Of a stretch of 64,000 bases of DNA, positions 27,497 through 34,439 are shown piece after piece. Both the position numbers and the translations under genes were made by a program. Below the pieces are notes generated by a model that made no database searches, had not been told where the DNA came from, and saw only the letters and a list, made by a program, of their open reading frames with translations. This stretch comes from Bacteroidia bacterium (GTDB lineage: Bacteria > Bacteroidota > Bacteroidia > Bacteroidales > JAPLDU01). The first letter of the stretch is position 1. Each line of letters begins with the position of its first letter. The DNA lies in contig JAPLDU010000087.1 of NCBI GenBank assembly GCA_026391255.1, positions 348 to 64,347 on the forward strand. The letters run 5' to 3'.

Positions 27497-28369
27497 ATGA
27501 AAACAAGAAAAAATATTTTGTTATTTCGGGTGATATTCAGCGTGATGCTCGTCGTGTCTTCTTTTCGGGGCTTTAGCCAGGATGCAGGGGACGATGGGAA
27601 AAAACCCGTTCGTGATATGTATTCCTGTACAATGCTGGGTGATAACCAGACCACCATAAATCCTGTTAAAGGTGCATTTGAACTGTTGATTCAACACAGG
27701 TTCGGGCAGATAAAACAACTGACCGATTTATATGGCATTTATGCGCCGTCAAATATCCGTGTCGGATTCGACTATGGACTCAGCGATAAGGTAATGGTTG
27801 GGTTCGGAACTGAGAAAAACAACAAACTGCAGGAATTCGACCTGAAATGGGCTATTCATCAGCAAAACAGAGATGGCAGCATGCCGGTGTCTGTTTCATT
27901 ATTTGTGAACACCGCAATTGATGCCCGGAGTAAAGATGCGTTTGGGAGCAATTACGATTTTACACACAGGTTTACTTATTTCAGCGAATTAATCATTGCC
28001 AGGAAATTCAATGATATCTTATCCCTGCAGATAGCGCCCAATTTCTCCCATTTTAACTCGGTGGATTCATTATACGAACATGATGTAATAGGCACATCCA
28101 TTGGCGGCAGAATTAAATTTTACAATGAAATGTCTTTGATTTTCGAATATGATCAACCTTTTAATATTAAAGGATTACATGAAAGTCTGAATCCGTTGAA
28201 TCCTTATAAACCGGATATGGTGTTTGGATTTGAAGTTGCCACCAGTACTCATACATTCCAGGTGTTCGCAACTACTGCTGATAATATCGTAGCTCAGAAA
28301 AATTATGCATATAATTCCAAAGAGTTCAAAGATCTTATGTTAGGATTTAATCTTACAGTAAGACTGTAA
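27497..28369 (+). CDS. Outer-membrane beta-barrel protein (~290 aa, roughly 12-16 strands)
   Basis: Signal peptide at the internal Met (MKTRKNILLFRVIFSVMLVVSSFRGFSQ). Repeated amphipathic strands (IRVGFDYGLS, VMVGFGTE, VSVSLFVNTAI, LSLQIAPNFSHF, MVFGFEVATSTHTFQVFATT, LMLGFNLTVRL). Confidence 0.65.
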   Translation: MKTRKNILLFRVIFSVMLVVSSFRGFSQDAGDDGKKPVRDMYSCTMLGDNQTTINPVKGAFELLIQHRFGQIKQLTDLYGIYAPSNIRVGFDYGLSDKVMVGFGTEKNNKLQEFDLKWAIHQQNRDGSMPVSVSLFVNTAIDARSKDAFGSNYDFTHRFTYFSELIIARKFNDILSLQIAPNFSHFNSVDSLYEHDVIGTSIGGRIKFYNEMSLIFEYDQPFNIKGLHESLNPLNPYKPDMVFGFEVATSTHTFQVFATTADNIVAQKNYAYNSKEFKDLMLGFNLTVRL

Positions 28370-28377
28370 AACTTTTG

Positions 28378-28494
28378 GTATCAGGTATCAAGTAGCAGGT
28401 ATCAGGTATCAGGATTAGTTATGAGTTATGAATTATGAGTAAACATTGTATTTACTGCTTACTATTCACTATTCACCACTCACTATTCACTACT
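28378..28494 (+). repeat. Composite minisatellite, locus 5 (ATCAGGT/ATCAAGT x5; TTATGAG x3; CACTATT-type x5), inside the cytochrome operon
   Basis: Direct reading. Lies between the barrel gene stop and the heptahaem gene start. Confidence 0.9.
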
Positions 28495-28549
28495 TGTGTC
28501 TATAGCCAAATACCTGAATAGTCAGAAAAAAATATTATATACAGTAAAT

Positions 28550-29548
28550 ATGAAAATTCTATATGAGAAGTGCCCTAACGCAACTTCGGGTTTGATTACG
28601 GCATTCCTCGTATTCTCTTTTTTTGCTGCCTGGTCACAGAATAATTCCGGAACAGTCAGGAAATTCGAAAACAAAGAAGATAACAGCAAGTGTTTCAAAT
28701 GTCACTTTAATAATAATTATACCGTAACAAGTCCTGACTCAAGCAAGATCATTACACGTAAAATGTACATGGATCTTCAGATTGACTCAAATGTTTATTA
28801 TCATTCTAACCATCGTTATTTCAAATGTATTGACTGTCACTCGGATGAGTATTTTACTTATCCCCATAATAACGACCTCAGGTTTGAGGATATCTCGACC
28901 TGTCTTGATTGCCATGGGGGTGATCCGAAATTTGAGAAGTTTAATTTTGAAAAGATCACAGAGGATTTTAAATATAATGTGCATTCTGAGAAACACAACA
29001 GTACATTTTCCTGCTGGAGTTGCCATGATCCTCATACCTATACTACTCATGCCCGTACAGACAAAAATATTTTAGAAGTAGTGGCATATGATAACAATCT
29101 CTGCCTTCAATGCCATGCGAACAAACGAAACTACCGGCTGATCATCGATAAAGATAATCCGAACCTGGTACAGAAACACGACTGGCTACCCAATCAGGCA
29201 CTTCATTTTAAGAATGTCAGATGTATTGAATGCCACACAAAGAAAAGCGATACCCTGCTTGTTTCACATCATGTGATGGAAAAGAAAGACGCAGTTCGTG
29301 CCTGTGTTGAATGCCACAGCCGGAATTCGTTGCTCATGGCAACATTGTACAAATACCAGTCAAAGGAAGAAATAAGCAGGAATGGTTTTCTAAATTCCAT
29401 CATCCTGAACAGATCATACGTTATTGGTGCCAACCGCAACTATTACCTTAACATGATCAGTCTTGCAATTCTCTACATGGTTATATCGGGGATCATTATT
29501 CATGCACTGCTGAGAGTAAAAGCATATAAAAGATACCATGGAAAATAA
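28550..29548 (+). CDS. Heptahaem c-type cytochrome with C-terminal TM anchor
   Basis: ATG at 28550 gives a signal/anchor GLITAFLVFSFFAAWSQ. Seven CXXCH (CFKCH, CIDCH, CLDCH, CWSCH, CLQCH, CIECH, CVECH). C-terminal helix YYLNMISLAILYMVISGIIIHALL. Confidence 0.85.
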   Translation: MKILYEKCPNATSGLITAFLVFSFFAAWSQNNSGTVRKFENKEDNSKCFKCHFNNNYTVTSPDSSKIITRKMYMDLQIDSNVYYHSNHRYFKCIDCHSDEYFTYPHNNDLRFEDISTCLDCHGGDPKFEKFNFEKITEDFKYNVHSEKHNSTFSCWSCHDPHTYTTHARTDKNILEVVAYDNNLCLQCHANKRNYRLIIDKDNPNLVQKHDWLPNQALHFKNVRCIECHTKKSDTLLVSHHVMEKKDAVRACVECHSRNSLLMATLYKYQSKEEISRNGFLNSIILNRSYVIGANRNYYLNMISLAILYMVISGIIIHALLRVKAYKRYHGK

Positions 29549-30155
29549 GATATATTTTTATCCTGTGTGGCTGCGTTTGTGGCATTGGTCAAATGCCTTG
29601 CTAATCCTGGTATTGATTGTGACCGGGTTAAGCATGCAGTATTCTTCTTTTGAATCTCCTCATATTCCATTCAGTCTGGCTGTCACAATTCATAATATAT
29701 GTGGCATAATACTTGTTTTCGGCTATCTGGTTTTTATCACGGGAAATATCATTTCAAAAAACGGAAGATATTACAAAATGAATTTAAAAGAGATTGGCGG
29801 ACAAATTCTGGTGCAGTTCAGATATTACCTGTACGGAGTTTTCAAAGGAGACAAAGTTCCTTTTCCGGTGAACATTGAAAGAAAATTTAACCCCTTGCAA
29901 AAGTTTTTTTATGTAATGATCATGTACATCGGAATACCTTTACTGATCATATCCGGGATAGGACTAATTCTTCCGCAGTTCATTGTCAGCCGGGCGCTTG
30001 GTGTAAGCGGCCTTCTTCTTACCAGCCTATTACACATATGTGTCGGATTTTTTGTTTCCATATTTTTGATGATTCATATTTATTTTTGCACTTTTGGAGC
30101 CAGCATCACCAGTAATTTCAAAGGGATGTTCAACGGATGGCAGGAAACACATTAA
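29538..30155 (+). CDS. Dihaem b-type cytochrome, FdnI/HydC/PhsC-like (4 TM)
   Basis: RLWHWSNALLIL (TM1 His), TIHNICGIIL (TM2 His), LLHICVGFF...MIHIYF (two His in TM4): the FdnI-type four-His pattern. Overlaps the heptahaem gene by 11 nt. Confidence 0.8.
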   Translation: MENKIYFYPVWLRLWHWSNALLILVLIVTGLSMQYSSFESPHIPFSLAVTIHNICGIILVFGYLVFITGNIISKNGRYYKMNLKEIGGQILVQFRYYLYGVFKGDKVPFPVNIERKFNPLQKFFYVMIMYIGIPLLIISGIGLILPQFIVSRALGVSGLLLTSLLHICVGFFVSIFLMIHIYFCTFGASITSNFKGMFNGWQETH

Positions 30156-30206
30156 TATTCAAAATAAAAAATTAATTTTTAAATATTTAAATAATCAGGA
30201 GGTAAT

Positions 30207-30605
30207 ATGAAATCATTAAAAGTGTTATTTGTTATGTTAACAGTGAGTGCATTTACTCTTGCACTTGTTTCATTTGTTCCCGGTAAACCATGGGAAGTTC
30301 CAAAGGAATATAAAACAATGAAGAACCCGGTTAAAGCCGGTGACGAAGCAATTAAAGCAGGAAAAGCAAAATACAGCACAACCTGTAAATCCTGCCATGG
30401 CCCGAAAGGTCTTGGAGATGGTCCCAAATCCAAAACACTTAAAACTCCATCAGGTGATTTTTCAGTTGACCTGAAAGGACAAGCAGATGGCGAACTTTTT
30501 TACAAAACAAAAACAGGACGTGGTGATATGCCAGCTTATGATAAGAAAGTGACCGACGAAGACATCTGGAGCATCGTTCATTACCTGAGAACATTTGCTA
30601 AATAG
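30207..30605 (+). CDS. Periplasmic class I monohaem cytochrome c
   Basis: Signal peptide. CKSCHGPKGLGDG. Distal Met motif GRGDMPAY. Paralogue of 32954-33376. Confidence 0.85.
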   Translation: MKSLKVLFVMLTVSAFTLALVSFVPGKPWEVPKEYKTMKNPVKAGDEAIKAGKAKYSTTCKSCHGPKGLGDGPKSKTLKTPSGDFSVDLKGQADGELFYKTKTGRGDMPAYDKKVTDEDIWSIVHYLRTFAK

Positions 30606-30764
30606 TGTCTGTCCATAATATTCAATATTTTGATTGACGAATATCAATTAACGATTTTAGATTTTTGATGTTATCATTAAATCAGATGATTACACATACT
30701 TCATAAATCATAAATCGTTAATCCTTGTTCTTAAATCAAAAAGAATGACTTTAAATACAAGCAC
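30605..30764 (+). mobile_element. MITE-like element family 2, copy C, flanked by 6-bp direct repeat TAAATA
   Basis: TAAATA at 30599-30604 and 30765-30770. The element's first base completes the TAG stop of the cytochrome c gene. Internal TTGAC-GAAT-ATCAA at 30634-30647. Confidence 0.8.
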
Positions 30765-30811
30765 TAAATAATTTTCAGGCATTGATATCCCTGGATCTTT
30801 CATGATCTGAT

Positions 30812-30845
30812 AAAAAACCTGGTTGTTTCAGCCAGGTTTTTTTTA
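30812..30845. terminator. Bidirectional terminator-like hairpin (A6-cctgg-loop-ccagg-T8)
   Basis: aaaaaacctgg ttgtttcag ccaggtttttttt, between the two convergent cytochrome gene sets. Confidence 0.5.
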
Positions 30846-30880
30846 TAAATGTATATTTGTTTTTATTATTGAATTAGTAT

Positions 30881-31087
30881 TGTATTTCTGAAATCTTGAC
30901 ACGTTTTGGCAAAAAATTCCAAAAAACAAATCACAAATCACAAATAAATATCAATCAACAAAATAACAAATTCAAAATAGTTTGTTTCGTATTTGAAATT
31001 TTGTCCGCCGTGGCGGATTGTTTCTTATTTGTGATTTGTTTTTTGAGATTTGTGATTTCTTGTTTGGATCTGGCTCATCCAGGTTAG
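30881..31087 (+). mobile_element. MITE-like element family 1, copy 2 (core inverted relative to other copies, extra tccgccgtggcgga mini-hairpin)
   Basis: Same termini as copies 1 and 4. The internal ~64 bp caaataaatatcaatcaacaaaataacaaattcaaaatagtttgtttcgtatttgaaattttg is the reverse complement of the copy 1 core. It abuts the stop codon of the 31089 gene. Confidence 0.85.
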
Positions 31088-31088
31088 G

Positions 31089-32594
31089 TTACTGGTATAA
31101 ACTTGCATGGCAATCGGAACAGGGAGAAGTTCTCCATTCATCTTTGATATCAACAGGATGCCGGAACTCAAGGTTATCAAGCACTGAAACAGATTGTAAT
31201 GAACCTTTATTCCCCTGGGCAAAAATGGTATGGCATAAATTGCAATCCTTTGAAATGATCTTCCCGTTATCTCCTTTCATGGTACCGGAGTGGCACCTGA
31301 AGCAACCCTTTGATTCTAAGTGGCCGATATGGTCGGGATATTTATCATAGCTGACCTTCATTTTGGGAAATGTATTACTGGAAAATCCATCCTGGACTGC
31401 AGCTATGGCATTGTTAATATCTGTCTTCCGGCTATTGTAAATATCAGCGTGATTCGCATGATAGAAACCATTGATACTATCTGCAATGAAAGCTAATGCA
31501 GAATCTTTATTGGTAAAGGGATTCTTGAGAACCTGCATAGAAATGTATTTGATAAATGGAATATCCGTGGCAATGCTCCCTGATACAAGGGCATTATCAA
31601 CATAATACGGAGGTGATTTATATTTATGAGATGGTCTGTTATGACAATCCATGCAATCCATTACCCTTGCATTCAGGGTATTTTTAAGACTATCAGCCAG
31701 GGGCTCTTCCTCATCATTATAAATCGTCACTTTGCCGGTTTTAAGATTGGTATATTTTACCCATGAAATGCTTTCGCGGGTCGGATCGGCAGTCATATAT
31801 TCAATCTTCACGTCCTGGTTGATATGCCAGTGAATTCCTTCGTTCAGGCCAAGGGCGCTAAACTGGGGACCAATCTTCATCTGCATATATATATCCCATT
31901 CAGTGTTCAGAGAATCAGCAAGAAAATTCTTCTGGATTTGTAACTTACGGGCATAAAATTTCTGTGGCCAGTGACATTTTTCGCAGGTCTCCCGTGCCGG
32001 ACGCAGATTAACCAGTGGTGTCTCAATCGGACGGGGATATTTGTTAAAAATAGCTGCATAAACCTGGTATAACCCCGATAATTTGGAACGTACATACCAG
32101 TCGGCTCCTTCTCCCACGTGGCATTCAACACAAGCAACCCGGGCATGCGACGAATTCTGGTAAGCCGTGAATTCAGGCTCCATAATATTATGACAGAGTT
32201 TGCCACAGAACTGGACAGATTCGGAATAATGAAATGCTTCGTAACTGCCAATACTTGAAGTAATAAGAAATACCGCAGTTGAAACAGTAAAAATGATAAA
32301 TGCATTGCGGTGTCTTTTATCGTTCAGATCAATCGAAGGCAATGACCTGCCATACCTGTCCTGCTCAATTCTTTTATCCTTCTTTCTCTTGATCAGCATT
32401 CCGATCGGGATCAGTACCAGCCCGGTAACTAAAAATCCCGGGATAACCAGGTAGAGAAATAAACCCAGGTAAGTGTTTCCTGTCTTAAATATCTCAAGAA
32501 TAACAAATAAAATAATGATAAGCAGGAAGCTGATTGCAGCAATGGACGAACCAATAATGGTGATCCAGTTGTATACTGATTTTGGTAACTTCAT
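31089..32594 (-). CDS. Membrane-anchored multihaem cytochrome, NapC/NirT-like with 3 N-terminal TM helices (ImcH-like architecture)
   Basis: Three TM helices in the first ~117 aa. NapC-like FCGKLCHNIMEPEF...HARVACVECH. Six CXXCH (CVECH, CEKCH, CMDCH, CFRCH, CNLCH, CSDCH) plus one CX3CH (CGKLCH). Confidence 0.8.
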   Translation of the reverse strand: MKLPKSVYNWITIIGSSIAAISFLLIIILFVILEIFKTGNTYLGLFLYLVIPGFLVTGLVLIPIGMLIKRKKDKRIEQDRYGRSLPSIDLNDKRHRNAFIIFTVSTAVFLITSSIGSYEAFHYSESVQFCGKLCHNIMEPEFTAYQNSSHARVACVECHVGEGADWYVRSKLSGLYQVYAAIFNKYPRPIETPLVNLRPARETCEKCHWPQKFYARKLQIQKNFLADSLNTEWDIYMQMKIGPQFSALGLNEGIHWHINQDVKIEYMTADPTRESISWVKYTNLKTGKVTIYNDEEEPLADSLKNTLNARVMDCMDCHNRPSHKYKSPPYYVDNALVSGSIATDIPFIKYISMQVLKNPFTNKDSALAFIADSINGFYHANHADIYNSRKTDINNAIAAVQDGFSSNTFPKMKVSYDKYPDHIGHLESKGCFRCHSGTMKGDNGKIISKDCNLCHTIFAQGNKGSLQSVSVLDNLEFRHPVDIKDEWRTSPCSDCHASLYQ

Positions 32595-32812
32595 TTGTGT
32601 AAAATTATAGATATCAACTAATTATAGATTGTTGAAAATAAATTACGTACAAAAGTCAAAAATCTGGTTAATGAAATAATTATCTGTGTTTTACTATAAA
32701 TAAGAGTGTAAAAATAAATATTAATAATATAACATCATATGATCTGTTAAATGTTTGAAAACCTGATTTGATCTGATCATTCTGATGAAGTGAAATTTAC
32801 AATGTAACTGAC

Positions 32813-32840
32813 AAAAAAAAGACGCTTTGATGAGCGTCTT
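32813..32840 (-). terminator. Rho-independent terminator after the monohaem cytochrome gene
   Basis: The minus strand reads aagacgct-catcaa-agcgtctt followed by T8. Confidence 0.6.
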
Positions 32841-32953
32841 CTTTTTACTGACATTAATCCCCAATGTTATTGCCTTACAAAGGATATTCAGATTAAGATT
32901 CCAATATCTTGTGTTAAATATTCATTGGCTGATCAGATCAGGAATTAAATAGA

Positions 32954-33376
32954 TTAAAGTGACCGGATATAATTGACCAGGAGCCAGATATCCGTTTCAT
33001 CAGCCATCTTTTTCTCAAAGGCCGGCATTTCACCTTTTCCGGTTTTTGTCTTGTAGAAAATCTCACCATCAGTCTGAGCCTTAAAGGTTTTAGCTGAGAA
33101 ATCACTGCAATGTGTTTTCAGGGTAGCTGCCTTTGTGCCATCGCCCAATCCTTTTTTACCGTGGCATGAAACACAATGTTTATCCCACAGGCTTTTGCCG
33201 ACTTTAAGATTTGCCGGATCTGACTTGGTTGGGTTTTTCATGTTTTTATATTTGTCGGGTACTGTCCATCCTCCGGGTTGCTGATAAGACGCGACAAATG
33301 ACATCAGGCCAATGTTAACCAACAGGATAGCAAAGATCCTGAATAAGTTACTTTTTAATACTGTTTTCATATTCAT
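32954..33376 (-). CDS. Periplasmic class I monohaem cytochrome c (paralogue of 30207-30605)
   Basis: Signal/anchor. CVSCHGKKGLGDG. GKGEMPAF. Shared blocks W.VP..YK.MKNP.K and GE.FYKTKTG.G.MPA..KK. Confidence 0.85.
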   Translation of the reverse strand: MNMKTVLKSNLFRIFAILLVNIGLMSFVASYQQPGGWTVPDKYKNMKNPTKSDPANLKVGKSLWDKHCVSCHGKKGLGDGTKAATLKTHCSDFSAKTFKAQTDGEIFYKTKTGKGEMPAFEKKMADETDIWLLVNYIRSL

Positions 33377-33440
33377 TATTATTTAAGTGAAACATTAATC
33401 GTTACCTTACTGACTATTTATGTTTTTAAGACAATAAAAT

Positions 33441-33505
33441 TAAGTTATAAGTTATAAGTCATAAGTAATAAGTCGTAAGTCATTAGTTAAACTCATAACC
33501 CATAA
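33441..33505 (-). repeat. Short-period array (TTATAAG/TTATGAC/TTATGAG-type heptamers), inverted orientation, inside the operon
   Basis: Plus strand: gttataagttataagtcataagtaataagtcgtaagtcattagtt...aactcataaccc. The minus strand carries the gttatgagtt word of the other loci. Confidence 0.8.
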
Positions 33506-33506
33506 T

Positions 33507-34439
33507 TTACACAGCCTCCAGCTTTTCTACCTGAGAAATTTCTTTTAACTTTTCTATCTTTTTTCCTTCTCTTCTGATTCTTGAAATGTTAAAAACCACG
33601 TAAAGGTAATGAGCCCAGACACCGGTAAGCATTATTATCAGGGTAACGATCATCCAGATGGGAGCAATTTCAGTCCACAATTCTCTTTTAACAAACGGAC
33701 TGACAGGGTTTGTCGGAACTCCCCATTTTTTTATTTCGCCGGATTCAACATTACCATAATCGTCATTATCATCTACCCTGGCCAGCAAAAAAATATTACC
33801 CAATGAATCTCCGGGAAATACTCCTTTAAAATCCATGCTGCAATAACCTTTTGGGTCAGTTGTGCCATCTCCGATCTTCAGGTTAGTAAACATTCTTTTG
33901 ATCATAAAGTTCACAGGCAGTTCATTTACTGGTAAAGTATCTCCTTTTTCACCCAGCTCAAAGGCATGCAGGCTGATTGATTTAATGGAATCTTTTTCAG
34001 AAAATTTCAGGAGAAGGTTGAGATCTCTGACTGATATTGAAGATTCGGTCTTTTCGACGGAATCACAGCCTTCATATACATTTCTGAATAATAAAGTGCC
34101 CTTTTCATCTTTTGGTAATTTTACAGCGGGTTGAATAATGAGCTTAGCGGATCCTTGTTTATCACTGGTCAAAATTCCAAGTTCCTGCTCTCCGCAATAG
34201 AATTTTAGCTTACAGTATGACAATGGGAATATCTGCCTGTTAATAATAAAAGAGGCAGTGGCAGACAAAGTTTTAGATCCGTCCGGGTTTTTCAGATAGG
34301 TAAATGCAAGAATAGGAGAATGTTTTTCTGTTTTTTCCTTATCCTGGCCGGATGCTGAAAACCCCGGCCAAACCAGAAAAGCCAGCACCATGGCTGAAAT
34401 GATATATATCGTTTTCATTGCTGATAATAGGAATTTCAT
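33507..34439 (-). CDS. Orphan bitopic protein (N-terminal signal/anchor, ~230-aa periplasmic domain, C-terminal TM and charged tail), no haem motif
   Basis: MKTIYIISAMVLAFLVWPGFSASG. C-terminal IAPIWMIVTLIIMLTGVWAHYLYVVF followed by RIRREGKKIEKLKE. Start overlaps the NrfD-like stop by 4 nt. No family recognised. Confidence 0.55.
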   Translation of the reverse strand: MKFLLSAMKTIYIISAMVLAFLVWPGFSASGQDKEKTEKHSPILAFTYLKNPDGSKTLSATASFIINRQIFPLSYCKLKFYCGEQELGILTSDKQGSAKLIIQPAVKLPKDEKGTLLFRNVYEGCDSVEKTESSISVRDLNLLLKFSEKDSIKSISLHAFELGEKGDTLPVNELPVNFMIKRMFTNLKIGDGTTDPKGYCSMDFKGVFPGDSLGNIFLLARVDDNDDYGNVESGEIKKWGVPTNPVSPFVKRELWTEIAPIWMIVTLIIMLTGVWAHYLYVVFNISRIRREGKKIEKLKEISQVEKLEAV

